Under the pieces are notes generated by a model. The model searched no databases. It was given only the letters and a program-made list of their open reading frames with translations, and was not told where the DNA came from. The position numbers were made by a program, and so were the translations under genes. Below, piece by piece: positions 11,187 through 22,842 of a DNA stretch of 55,963 bases (positions are counted from its first letter, which is position 1; every line of letters begins with the position of its first letter). This DNA is from an uncultured virus (IMG/VR IMGVR_UViG_2061766007_000563). Lineage: Duplodnaviria > Heunggongvirae > Uroviricota > Caudoviricetes. The stretch lies in the IMG/VR virus record IMGVR_UViG_2061766007_000563. One strand, written 5' to 3'.

Positions 11187-14100
11187 ATGAAAAAAATATT
11201 GGGTATTATTCTTTTCATGATAGCATTTGCNNNNNNNNNNTCAGAAGCAATATGATTACATGTTGCAGTATAAACTATATGGCTATGAATATCTTAAGAT
11301 CGGCCGTAATGACGTAATTTCGGACAAGTCCGGTTGGAGCGGTTCGGCAAAGAGTATTGAAATGGGTGACCAGGTAACACTCGGCGGCCCTATTTTGGCA
11401 GGAACGACTATCAAGGTTGGCAATGGCGCACAGTTAACTACAGGTCCGGTTCGTGCAACGTCATTTACTATGGCAAATGACAATAATTCTACGTTTGCCG
11501 GTAACTGGTGTATCACTAACGGTGTAGACCAGAATACGACTAATATTATTAAGCGCAGTGAAGGTGCTGTGTCATGCGATAAAGTTCCAGAAGCGCCGAC
11601 TGGATTGAAGGTGCCTACTCTTACCTTTCCAGACACTGCGACGGCTGACATTACAGTACCTACTAGACAAAAAGTATACGTGGACATTCCNNNNNNNNNN
11701 GATAGGCGCGGATGCAGACGTGAAACCTTTCGTATTCGACGGGGTTGATGACCAGAAACAATATGATTACATGTTGCAGTATAAATTATACGGCTACGAA
11801 TATCTTAAGATTGGTCGCAATGACGTGATCTCGGATAAGTCAGGTTGGAGCGGCTCGGCAAAGAGCATTGAAATGGGTGATCAGGTAACTCTTGGCGGCC
11901 CGATTTTGGCAGGTACATCTGTCAAGGTTGGTAACGGTGCACAGTTGACTACTGGCCCAGTTCGTGCGACGTCATTTACTATGGCAAATGACAATAATTC
12001 TACGTTTGCCGGTAACTGGTGCATCGCTAACGGTGTAGACCAGAATACGACTAATATTATTAAGCGCAGCGAAGGCGCTGTGTCATGCGATAAAGTTCCA
12101 GAAGCGCCGACTGGCTTGAAGGTGCCTACTCTTACCTTTCCAGACACTGCGACGACTGACATTACAGTACCTACTAGACAAAAAGTATACGTGGACATTC
12201 CAGATGTCCCAGCATACGATATGTACGTTAACTCTATCACGACGGGCACTGAAGATACGCTGTTTATTCGATTGAAAAATAAGGGAACGCTTACTCGTAT
12301 ATTCGTAAAAGGTGCTATTAATTTAGGAAACCATACTGTCATCCAGGCGGTATATGATTCATTGGGAACTGAACGCGTTATTGACCAGAAGCAATTCCGC
12401 GGTAATTTACTTTTCTATACGCAAGAAAATTTCAACCTTGTAAACTCTGACAAGGACCAAGGTAAGTTACAAGGAACTTTTATTTCGGCAAAGAAGATTT
12501 ATTGGAAATGTAATATCGATTTTGCTGGTCAGTTGCTTGCTAACGAGCTTGAAATCGGCGATGAGTTTGACGGTAAGCATTTTAGGTTTGTAAAGTTTAA
12601 TTCCGATACTATTGATGTAAAGCTTGACAAGTATGGCGGTTTGAAGGAAAACGATTCGACGGTCGTTATCCCTATTGAACTTAGCGATACCGCCACAATC
12701 ACGGTTTATTTCTCATATTGTATCGATTTAAAGAACGGCGTTACGCTTGACGACTTCAATATTCCGCCATCTTTCCCGTTNNNNNNNNNNNNNNNNNNNN
12801 NNNNNNNNNNNNNNNNNNNNNNNNNNNNNNNNNNNNNNNNNNNNNNNNNNNNNNNNNNNNNNNNNNNNNNNNNNNNNNNNNNNNNNNNNNNNNNNNNNNN
12901 NGCCGAATGGCGAAACATCTGGTGACTTGAAAATTAAGATTGTCGACGCTGACTTAAAGAATCTTGCATTCGATTCTTCTGCTTACAAGATGAGTTTTGA
13001 AGAAAACAAGACGGGCTTCATAGATACCATTCGTGTACAGAATGGCTCTGATATGCTTCGTTACAGCCTTGATTCCGCATTTGCCGGAAGATATACGCTT
13101 GACCCGATTACTGGCGTATTGACATTGGTAGATCATGAACTTGATTATGAAACCGCGAAGATTGATTATATTGTCGTGACTATTACCGATACTGCTGACG
13201 CCATTGTAACTGATACATTGCCGATTAAAGTCATAGACGTCAATGAAAAACCGGAGATTTTTAATACCACGTTCAAGCTATGGGAAAATACTCCTGCGCC
13301 GAANNNNNNNNNNTATTGTAACCGATACCTTGCCGATTAAAGTTATAGATGTCAATGAGAAGCCAGAGATTTTTAATACCACGTTCAAGCTATGGGAAAA
13401 TACTCCTGCGCCGAAGGTTATCGGAACAATTACATGGAACGAAGTTGACGGCTATCCGTTTAACGAAGATAAAATTAAGGTTATCAAGTCTTCTACCGAC
13501 TTAATCAAGATTGACGAGAATGGCGTTATTTCTACCAGTACTGTATTCGATTATGAAACATCGGAACATGAATATTTGTTTACTGTGGTAGTTTATGACG
13601 TTAATCAGCCTGATCTTAAAGATACTGCATATATAACTGTCGATATCGGCGACATTAATGAAATCCCGACTGTAGGTAAGAAAAAGTTCGAAATCGTGGA
13701 AAATACAGAACCGGACATTATCGGAAACCTTGATGTAAAGGACCCTGAAAATGCCAAGTTGACATATACTGTCGTAGATCCTGTTCCGTTCAAGGTCGAT
13801 ACTGCTGGAAATATCGTATCTACTAGAAAATTCGATTATGAGCACGATACGTATTTCAAGTTCAAGGTTGAAATCGATGACGGCCTTAATATCATTACCG
13901 AGTCGGTAACTGTAAATATTATAGATATCGATGAGCCGGTTCATGCTAAAGACACGGCATTCTCTATAAACGAAAATACGACCGGTATTCTCGGAACTGT
14001 AATTGGGGAGGATGAAGATGGAAAGGCTGTTAAATATTCTGTCGATGATTTTGTGCATTATAATATCGATTCTGTTACTGGAGCTCTGAGCGTTATAGTT

Positions 14101-16619
14101 CCATTAGATTATGAAACGGTAAAACAGGACACGGTATTGGTATTCGTAACAGATGGCGTATTCAGAGATACAGCTAAAGTTGTCGTTAATATCGGTAATG
14201 TAAATGAACCGCCAGTATTGAAACCGAATGATTCTCTTTCTGTTCCGGAAAACTGCAAGAAGTGCATTATCGGAACTATAGTAGCCGTAGACCCAGATAC
14301 AGACAAGGTTACTTATGACGTTATCCAGCCTGGTTTCGCTATCGATACCGCTGGCGTATTGACGACTACTGAACCGTTCGATTATGAAAAGACGCCTGAA
14401 ATAAATGTTACTGTCATAGCGACGGACCCTAGTGGATTGGGCGATACTGCAATCTACACTGTCAAGATAACCGACGTAAACGAACCGGTGCATGTCAACG
14501 ATACGACCTGTTCAGTAAAAGAAAACTATACTGGAAAGGTTTGCCAGATACCGGCGACTGACGAAGATAAGACAAAGCCAATTTATATATTGCCAGATAC
14601 GGCAAACTATAAAATCGACACCAATGGTACGTTAATTATAAAGAAGCCTATTGACTACGAAAAGAAGACGAAAGATACTGTCAAGGTTATCGTAACCGAC
14701 GGCGAGTTTTCAGATACGGCGACGGTGGTTATTCGTGTGCTCGATGAACCGGAAACAGTCAATATTACTAAATGGGATGAAAAGACGCCTCCTGATACGG
14801 TAAAGACCAATGAGCCGGATCATAAGATCGATTGGGAAATTTGTGAAGGCGATACTTGTTCGAAACATAGTGATTTCCCGCATATCAAGAAAGATACCGT
14901 TATCAAGGTATGTAACGAGAAGAAAACCGTATGTGATTCTATAGTTGTCCTATTTAACGATGCGCCACCTGTGGTCATACTATCGGACGCGAAATCGACT
15001 GACGCTTATATAGACTATATTACTATCGTCGAGCCTAAGGACGATAAGATTTATGTCAACAAGAAAGAGAATCCGGTAACTGTAACGGTCAAGGACACGG
15101 TTAGGAAGACTGAAAAGCATTTCGAGGTAACTGTAAAACTCGATACTATCGCGACCAAGGATATAAAGTTTAAGGATTATCATTATCTTATCGATGTAAC
15201 TGTGGCAAGTTCTACGAATATCGGTGGTGGCTTGGTAGAATTAAGGGAAGTAATCAATGTCGACGGCAGAGAAGTAGTTCTTACCGAAATCGTAGACAAG
15301 GACGGTAAACAGAAAGATACGGTTCAGACTATAAGCTATAAGCAGAAGGTCAACGGCAAGGAAGTAACAGTATCTTATAAAGTTGATAACCTTACGGGCA
15401 ATAGGGTTTCTGATTATACCGTAGCTTATAAGGTTGATTCTTGTACAAGCATTTCTTATAGCGTCAATGACAAGAAGAAAATCGTAAAGAACAGTGAAGG
15501 AAATATAGCGTATACTATAACTTACGATTACGTAGACGATTATGGTAATAAGGCTTCTGCAAGCGTAGATATCGTATACGACGATATTCTGCCTAAGGTT
15601 AAAATTCTTTTGCCGACAGGACTTGAACATTTCAATACCAATGTGGCTGAAGTCAAATGGACGGTTAACGGAGATGTTCAAGATACTTTGACATTGCAGA
15701 GACTTGAAAAAGGCATAAACTATATCATTAGAAGATATGTAGATAAGGCAGGTAATGCCTCAGCTGATACCGTCACGGTATTCATGAAGGAAGCTAAAGA
15801 TATAGATATCGACCTTATTAAACCGGTAACTGAAATCGACGATGAAAAAGTGGCCGAATATTATAAGGAACATAAGTANNNNNNNNNNGACTGAAATCGA
15901 CGATGAAAAAGTGGCCGAATATTATAAGGAACATAAGTATGATGAAAAGAAACCGTATGATGTAACTTTTGTAAATCCGAAAGATGATTCNNNNNNNNNN
16001 CGATGAAAAGAAACCGTATGATGTAACTTTTGTAAATCCGAAAGATGATTCGTTGCCTGATGTAATCGGTATCGGCTTCAAGGTCGATTTGGTATTGCCT
16101 TCGGTTTCGCCGACTGGTGGCATGGCGACGCTTGATGATATTGTTCGCAATGGGCAGATACCAGTTGACGACAAGGGAAATATCGTTGGCGCTTCCACTC
16201 TTGGTATTCCTGTAGAGCAGTATGTCGAAGAACATTGCACAGACGAGTTTCAGAAGGATTATAAGAAACACGGCCTAAGTATTCCGCTTTATGACGTAAC
16301 TTATAATTTACACCTTTGGGTATATACTACGTCAGCCAATTACGTGAATGATTTCAATATCGAATTTTCGTTGGATGACGAAACCAAGGTATCGAGTGCA
16401 GGCACTGTCAAGATGGTTATTGATTGGTTGACTGACAAGGAAGGCAATGTAAAGGCAAAGAATAAGCATAATCTTGGAACTGGCGCATATATTACACAGC
16501 TTTATAGTAAATCGGTAGCAAAGCACAGGTGTGATTATAAGGACCAGAAGAAAGGCAGCAAGACTGTCAAGAAAGACGAGACATTGAAAGTTTTTGGCTA
16601 TAAGAGACCTGTAAAATAG
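11187..16619 (+). CDS. Large secreted multi-cadherin-domain protein (single gene split by gaps and duplicated haplotype pieces)
   Basis: Signal peptide MKKILGIILFMIAF; about six cadherin repeats (xDYE..DVNE-P); C-terminus ..KVFGYKRPVK. Confidence 0.85.
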
Positions 16620-16739
16620 ATTGTATTGTCGAATAATATTTGCCGGAAAATGAATTATAAAACAGGTATTTACAAGATACCTGTTTTTTATTATATTTTA
16701 ACCAGACACTAAACAATAAAAATAAGGAAAACATAAAAC

Positions 16740-18317
16740 ATGTCTAATCTCTATATTATCGGCGGCATTCTTGCCGTTATTCTCTTCCTCGGTATCATTT
16801 TCGCGATGTCTTATATTAAGGCTCCGCCTGATACTGCGTTCATTATTTCAGGTATTCGAAAGCTACCTCGATATATTATCGGTAAGGCTGGTATTCGAAT
16901 TCCGTTCCTTGAAAGATATGACGCGTTGTCTTTGAAACTTATTAAGATTGACGTTAAGACAAAGCAATCAATTCCGACGGCAGATTACATTAACGTGAAT
17001 GTTGACGCGAACGTAAACGTCAAGATTTCTAATAATCCGGAACTCATTCAGAAGGCCGCGCAGAACTTCCTTAACAAAGATACCACTTATATCGCGCAGA
17101 TTGTAAACGAAGTTCTTGAAGGTAACATGAGAGAGATTGTCGGTAAGATGAAGCTTACCGATATGATTGGTGACCGAAAGACATTCGCTGACGAAGTTAC
17201 AAAGAACGTTACACCTGACCTCGCGGCTATGGGTCTTGATTTGATTAGCTTTAATGTTCAGAATTTTGAAGACGACAATGATGTGATTGTTAACCTCGGT
17301 ATTGACAACATTGTTGCAATCAAGAAGCAGGCGGCAATTTCCAAGGCTAAGGCTGAAAAGGATATTTCTGTTGCTCAGGCTCTTGCAAAGCAGGAAGCAA
17401 ATGACGCCGAAGTTAAGTCTCAGACTACTATCGCAGAACGTAATAACGAACTTGAAATTAAGAAGGCGAACCTCAAGAAGGAAGCAGATAACCAGAAGGC
17501 TATTGCTGACGCCGCTTATGAAATTCAGAAGCAGACTCAGTTGAAGCAAATTAACATTACTGCTGCTGAAGCTGAAGTCGCAAAGCAGGAAAAGGAAATT
17601 GAAATTAGGGAACGCCGCGTAGCTGTTACACAGAAGGAACTTGAAGCAAAGATTACCAAGCAGGCAGAAGCTGAAAAGTCTGCTGCAATGCTCCAGGCTG
17701 AAGCAGCTCTCTACGCAAAGCAGAAGCAGTCCGATGCTGCCCTTTATGAAAGACAGAAGAAGGCAGAAGCTGAAAAGTATGAACAAGAAAGAAGCGCTGA
17801 TGCTGATCGTTATGGTCAGGAACAGAAGGCAGTTGCCATTAAGACTATGGCTGAAGCTGATTACGAAGCTGCAGTCAATAAGGCAAAGGGTATTGCTGCT
17901 ACCGGTGAAGCCGAAGGTCGTGCAAGCAAGCTTAAAGGTGAAGGTGAAGCTGCAGCTGTTAAGGCTAAGGGTCTTGCAGAAGCTGAAGCTCTCGACAAGA
18001 AGGCAGACGCCATGGCTAAATATGGTGACGCTGCTAAGCAGGACATGCAGCTCGATGCACTTAAGACTTACTTCGCTCAGTTGCCTGAAATCGCTGGTGC
18101 TGTCGCTAAGCCGATGGAAAAGATTGGTAACATCACCATGTATGGCGAAGGTAACGGTGCTAAGCTCACTGGTGATATCACCAAGACTATCTCTCAGATT
18201 ACAAGTGGTTTGACCGATTCTCTCGGTATCGACCCGCGTGTATTGCTCAGCTCTCTCATGGGTAGCAAGCTCGCTGGTGTTGGTGGCAAGACCGAACCGA
18301 AGCAGATCAACGGATAA
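16740..18317 (+). CDS. Flotillin / SPFH (band 7) domain protein
   Basis: N-terminal TM helix, YIKAPPD..IISG, VLEGNMREIVG, long AE-rich coiled coil. Confidence 0.95.
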   Translation: MSNLYIIGGILAVILFLGIIFAMSYIKAPPDTAFIISGIRKLPRYIIGKAGIRIPFLERYDALSLKLIKIDVKTKQSIPTADYINVNVDANVNVKISNNPELIQKAAQNFLNKDTTYIAQIVNEVLEGNMREIVGKMKLTDMIGDRKTFADEVTKNVTPDLAAMGLDLISFNVQNFEDDNDVIVNLGIDNIVAIKKQAAISKAKAEKDISVAQALAKQEANDAEVKSQTTIAERNNELEIKKANLKKEADNQKAIADAAYEIQKQTQLKQINITAAEAEVAKQEKEIEIRERRVAVTQKELEAKITKQAEAEKSAAMLQAEAALYAKQKQSDAALYERQKKAEAEKYEQERSADADRYGQEQKAVAIKTMAEADYEAAVNKAKGIAATGEAEGRASKLKGEGEAAAVKAKGLAEAEALDKKADAMAKYGDAAKQDMQLDALKTYFAQLPEIAGAVAKPMEKIGNITMYGEGNGAKLTGDITKTISQITSGLTDSLGIDPRVLLSSLMGSKLAGVGGKTEPKQING

Positions 18318-18340
18318 TAAATAAAATTCTCGGAATTTTA

Positions 18341-18379
18341 GAGACCGAACCAGCATGTCTGGTCGGTCTTTTTCTTTTT
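18341..18379 (+). terminator. Intrinsic terminator
   Basis: AGACCGAACCAG-CATGT-CTGGTCGGTCT followed by a T tract. Confidence 0.75.
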
Positions 18380-18572
18380 CAAAAGTATTTTCCTGACCGT
18401 TTTGTATACAAAAATTTACTATATTTGATACAGAAAGTTTAAGAAAAAATCTGTAAAAAATAGCATTTTCGCAGCTTTCATAAGTGACATAAATATAAAA
18501 CCGCGTGATAGAACACAAGTTGTTTTTTGGTGAATTTTTGTTAGTTTTAAAGTGGCAAAAAGAGGAAAATAA

Positions 18573-21044
18573 ATGATTAAAAATGTAATTAAGCGTGATA
18601 ATCGTAGACGAAAATTCAATATTGCAAAAGTTTATACCGCAATAGAAAATGCATTCAAATCAGTAAATGAAAATTATACAGAAGAAGGTATAGATCAATT
18701 AGTTGATAAAGTAGTCGAAAATATTTCAGTAAATGATGCTAAGTCAGCGCGAGTCGAAGATATTCAAAATGTTATTGAAAAAACATTGATGAATGATGGA
18801 TTCGGAACAGTTGCCAAGGCATTTATTTTATATAGAGATGAACGAAATCGTGCACGTGAAACAAAATCAGAAATTGTAAAAACTATTAAAGAAATTACAG
18901 AGTCTGATATTAAAAGTTCTAATATTTTAAGAGATAATGCAAATGAGTCTGGCGCTACTCCTGCTGGAACATACGGTAAGATTGCATCTGAAACAAATAA
19001 GATGTATAACCTGTTGAATAACATCAACAGAAAGTATGCGCAAGAACATAAGGACGGACATTTACATATTCATGATCTTAACCAATATAACTTGACATTT
19101 AACTGCTTGTTTGCGCCAGTTGGAAAGTTATTGAAGAATGGTTTTGACTCTGGAACTGGTTTCTTACGATCTCCGAAGTCAATCCAGACTGCAGCAGCAT
19201 TGACAGCAGTTATTCTTCAGCTTCAGTCTAACCAGCAATATGGTGGTATTGCTGATGATAATCTCGATTTTGATTTAGCACCGTTTGTCGACATTTCATT
19301 TAGAAAGAATCTTAAAGAAGAATTAGAAAGATATATAGAATATAATCCAGAGCATGAAGAAATGACCAATCTTGATGAAGTTGCAACAGCTTCTATGAAC
19401 TGGCCCTCTGCACTTCTTTATACTAAGTTCCCTAAGATTTGTGTTATCAAGGCGATTCAGAAGACAGATGATGATACTCATCAAGCTATGGAAGGACTTA
19501 TTGGTAATTTGAATTCTTTGCAGTCTCGTTCTGGAAACCAAGTTCCATTCAGTTCTTTGAACTTCGGTCTTAATACTTCTAATTGCGGTCGTATGATTAG
19601 CAAGAATCTTATTAAGTCTCAGATGGAAGGTCTCGGTGACGGATTGACAGCAATTTTCCCAATCTTGATTTTCAAGTTGATGGAAGGTTACACAAAGAAT
19701 CCAGAAGATCCTAACTATGATTTGTATCTCGAGTCTATTAAGTGTCTTGCTCGTAGATTCTACCCGAACTTTGTAAAGGTTGATAGTTCTTTCAATAAGC
19801 CATACATCAAGTATGAAACTAAAGAAGTTGAAATTTTTAATAATGCTATTGGTGTTAAGGTTCGTGGTAAAGATGAAGCAACAATTATTCCAATGCAAGA
19901 CCAGAAGTTTGATAAGTTTGTTTATCAATATGATGTAGGTCAAGGCGACTATTGGGAAATTGAAGAAATTTCTGGAAATAAGTTGAAGTTGAAGAAACTC
20001 ATTGAAAATACAACCATTTCTACTATGGGTTGTAGAACCAGGGTTATTGGTAATATCAATGGTGCTGAACAGACAACTGGTAGAGGTAATTTTGCATTCC
20101 ATACAATTAATCTTCCTAGACTTGCTATTGAAGCACATATTACAGCAAAAGATGAACAGGAGCGTAAAGGTATTTTCTTCGAAAAGCTTGCTGAAATGCT
20201 TGAAGACGCAAAGGGAAGTCTACTCGACAGATTTGCATTGATTTCTAACAAGACATATGAGAATTTCCCGTTCACTATGCAACAGGGTCTTTATCTTACA
20301 TCTGACGACCAACCGCATAAAGTTACTGATAAGATTGGTGAAGTTCTTAAGCAAGCTTCATTGTCAATCGGTTACGTTGGTCTTGCTGAAACCATGTTAC
20401 TCTTGACAGGTAAGACTTATGGTATTGACCATGAAATTGATGATTATGCTTTCTCTATTGTAAAGACTATTCGTGACTTTGTCGATAAGACACAAAAAGA
20501 AACACATTTGAATTGGTCTTGTTTCGCAACACCAGCTGAAGCAGTTGCAGGTCGTTTTGCTAACATCGATAAAAATCTTTTCCAGAATGAAAAGAAACTT
20601 GCTGATGTAGATTTACAGAGAGTATTTGGTAAGGGTTATTACACAAATAGCCATATGCTTGATTATTCTTTGGAAACTACTCTTGAAAACAAGATTAAGA
20701 TGGAAGCTCCATATCACAAGATTACAAATGCTGGTCATATCTTCTATTACAAGTTGAATGGTGATTTGTCTAAGAATCTTGAAGCAGTTAAGGCAACTAT
20801 AGATGCTATGTACGATGGTGACTTAGGATATTTTACTTGCACATTTGACAGTGATACTTGCACTAAGTGTCATTTTCATGGTATCATTAATAATGAATGC
20901 CCATGCTGCGGTAACAAGAACGAAGACGAGATTATTCGTGTTAGAAGAATTACCGGATATTTGACTGGTTCTCCGAAGAAAACTATTTTCAAATCTTGGA
21001 ATGATGGAAAATTGTCAGAATTAAGAGATCGCCATAATATTTAA
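18573..21044 (+). CDS. nrdD: Anaerobic (class III) ribonucleoside-triphosphate reductase with ATP cone
   Basis: VIKRD ATP cone, HIHDL, MGCRT, CxxC..CxxC, RRITGYL glycyl-radical loop. Confidence 0.97.
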   Translation: MIKNVIKRDNRRRKFNIAKVYTAIENAFKSVNENYTEEGIDQLVDKVVENISVNDAKSARVEDIQNVIEKTLMNDGFGTVAKAFILYRDERNRARETKSEIVKTIKEITESDIKSSNILRDNANESGATPAGTYGKIASETNKMYNLLNNINRKYAQEHKDGHLHIHDLNQYNLTFNCLFAPVGKLLKNGFDSGTGFLRSPKSIQTAAALTAVILQLQSNQQYGGIADDNLDFDLAPFVDISFRKNLKEELERYIEYNPEHEEMTNLDEVATASMNWPSALLYTKFPKICVIKAIQKTDDDTHQAMEGLIGNLNSLQSRSGNQVPFSSLNFGLNTSNCGRMISKNLIKSQMEGLGDGLTAIFPILIFKLMEGYTKNPEDPNYDLYLESIKCLARRFYPNFVKVDSSFNKPYIKYETKEVEIFNNAIGVKVRGKDEATIIPMQDQKFDKFVYQYDVGQGDYWEIEEISGNKLKLKKLIENTTISTMGCRTRVIGNINGAEQTTGRGNFAFHTINLPRLAIEAHITAKDEQERKGIFFEKLAEMLEDAKGSLLDRFALISNKTYENFPFTMQQGLYLTSDDQPHKVTDKIGEVLKQASLSIGYVGLAETMLLLTGKTYGIDHEIDDYAFSIVKTIRDFVDKTQKETHLNWSCFATPAEAVAGRFANIDKNLFQNEKKLADVDLQRVFGKGYYTNSHMLDYSLETTLENKIKMEAPYHKITNAGHIFYYKLNGDLSKNLEAVKATIDAMYDGDLGYFTCTFDSDTCTKCHFHGIINNECPCCGNKNEDEIIRVRRITGYLTGSPKKTIFKSWNDGKLSELRDRHNI

Positions 21045-21051
21045 TATTATA

Positions 21052-21113
21052 AAAGGACAGATAGGAAGCTAATCCCTATTTGGTAAGATGTTGGTTGCGT
21101 CTTGCCTAACTTT
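21052..21113 (+). ncRNA. Putative three-way-junction RNA element, copy 1
   Basis: AAAG-GAC-AGATAGG/CCTATTT-GGTAAGATG/CGTCTTGCC-TAA-CTTT; same architecture at 44901-44957 (-). Confidence 0.5.
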
Positions 21114-21214
21114 AAATTATATAAAAGAAAAATACGGTAAATTATTTTTATATTCATATAAATGTAAATAATTTTTTATATTTGTTAAGTTGTTAAATAA
21201 GGTAATGAAATAAT

Positions 21215-21724
21215 ATGAATTATGCGAAAATTGAACTAATGAGTATAGTAGATGGCACTGGCTGTCGTGTTAGTCTTTTTGTATCTGGTTGTAGAAATCA
21301 TTGTCCAGGTTGTTTTAACGAAGATACATGGGATTTTGATTTTGGTAAAGAATTTACAGAAATTGAAGAAAATGAAATTCTTGAAGCCTGTAAGAAGAAT
21401 TATATCGCTGGTTTAACAATTCTTGGCGGTGAACCCCTTGAACCTGAGAACCAGAAAGGTATTTTAAATTTAGTTCTTAAATTTAAAGAAAGATTTCCAG
21501 AAAAGAATATCTGGATGTATACCGGTTATGTTCTTGACAAGGATTTATTACCTGGTCAAAGGAAACATGTTGACGGTGTTACAGGACTCATTCTGGACTC
21601 CATAGACACACTTGTGGACGGTCCGTTTATTCTTGCCGAACGAAACCTATCCCTGAAGTTTAGAGGCAGTAATAATCAACGTATACTCGATAAAGAGAAG
21701 ATAAAGGAATTAAGAAATGCTTGA
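21215..21724 (+). CDS. nrdG: Anaerobic RNR activase (radical SAM)
   Basis: SLFVSGCRNHCPGCFN (CxxxCxxC), LGGEP, FRGSNNQR. Confidence 0.97.
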   Translation: MNYAKIELMSIVDGTGCRVSLFVSGCRNHCPGCFNEDTWDFDFGKEFTEIEENEILEACKKNYIAGLTILGGEPLEPENQKGILNLVLKFKERFPEKNIWMYTGYVLDKDLLPGQRKHVDGVTGLILDSIDTLVDGPFILAERNLSLKFRGSNNQRILDKEKIKELRNA

Positions 21725-22013
21725 TACGATATTTTTGATTATTGGTTTTATTGGAGCTGGAGCATTTGCTATATGTAGTCTTCCGCAAATAATAAAGTCA
21801 TATGTGACTAAATCGACGGGCGATTTAAGCATGTTCTATATTATATTGTCGATTATCGGGAATTTATGTAGTGCGGCTTATATTTTCTGGACGAATTTAA
21901 AAAGTGGCATATGGCAATATCCGCAATATGTAAATTATACATCAGCAACGATATTGATTTTTATTTTGTTGGGTTTAAAAATTTATTATGATAAAAAGAA
22001 AACCGGAAAATAA
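21717..22013 (+). CDS. PQ-loop / SemiSWEET-like small transporter
   Basis: Three TM segments; ICSLPQIIKSYVTKSTGDLS. Confidence 0.85.
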   Translation: MLDTIFLIIGFIGAGAFAICSLPQIIKSYVTKSTGDLSMFYIILSIIGNLCSAAYIFWTNLKSGIWQYPQYVNYTSATILIFILLGLKIYYDKKKTGK

Positions 22014-22042
22014 TTCCGGTTTTTATTTTATAAAATTTAATA

Positions 22043-22414
22043 TTAGCCTACATTAAGCGCTTGATAAATGTCTTCGCAGAGTTCGCCAAGGTCAATTTCT
22101 TTTGTTTTTGCATAAACAACAACCATGTTGAAACCGTTTTGATTATATGGAAAGTCCTGTGCGGAAATTGCTTTAAGCCCGTATTTAGTTTCGATGTTCT
22201 TGTACATCGCCGGAAGAGCAACAGTATCAAGTTCTTCATCCTTGTTGTCATTTGTGATTGATACCCAAACGGTTGCGCGCTTACCCTCGCTTACAAAAAT
22301 TGCACCTTTTGAACCATTCCAAGAATACTCTTTTTGTGCTTGTAAATTACTTGATTCCTTGATTAATTGATAACCGGAATTTTCTAGGATAGTTTTTGCT
22401 TCGTTTAATTTCAT
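22043..22414 (-). CDS. Hypothetical protein, putative internal head protein
   Basis: N-terminal MKLNEAKTILENSGYQLIKES leader. Confidence 0.6.
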   Translation of the reverse strand: MKLNEAKTILENSGYQLIKESSNLQAQKEYSWNGSKGAIFVSEGKRATVWVSITNDNKDEELDTVALPAMYKNIETKYGLKAISAQDFPYNQNGFNMVVVYAKTKEIDLGELCEDIYQALNVG

Positions 22415-22423
22415 GATGTCTCC

Positions 22424-22831
22424 TTAAAAATTATTTAAAAATGCGTGCATGATGGCTGCTTTTTGGAATACTTGAGCACATTCATCGATATTGCATTTTT
22501 TCTTGTCAAAATCTTTTTCATTAAATGCCTCAGGGTCTTCTGCTTTCCAGCCATTTTCCCATGCTTTTTGTAAATCTTTCTTAGAAGTATCGAATTTCTT
22601 ACAATAATGTTCGATAATAACTTCGCCGATATCGTTGCCGGTATTGTTAAGTTCTTTTTCGCTCAGCATCGTATTGATGTTGGCAATCTTTACGCTATTT
22701 TGATAATAACCTTTTGCCTGAGTAAACGATAGGAACTGGTCAGCCGAGTCAAATCGTAAGTCAGATTCGTTTAACGGCTTGACATTATAATTATGTTCAT
22801 TAAGTATAGAAATCGCTTCTTTAAGATTCAT
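22424..22831 (-). CDS. Hypothetical protein, putative internal head protein
   Basis: N-terminal MNLKEAISILNEHNYNVKPLNES leader. Confidence 0.6.
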   Translation of the reverse strand: MNLKEAISILNEHNYNVKPLNESDLRFDSADQFLSFTQAKGYYQNSVKIANINTMLSEKELNNTGNDIGEVIIEHYCKKFDTSKKDLQKAWENGWKAEDPEAFNEKDFDKKKCNIDECAQVFQKAAIMHAFLNNF

Positions 22832-22842
22832 ATTAATTTTCC

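Noticed and set aside
16968..18518. 516-aa antisense ORF and other long shadow ORFs (e.g. 770-1222, 19323-20138, 13501-14058)
   Set aside because: Antisense to confident genes and explained by codon bias
21061..21078. ATAGGAAG as another copy of the tRNA-like motif
   Set aside because: Lacks the N6-TGC part and is explained as a stem of the three-way-junction element
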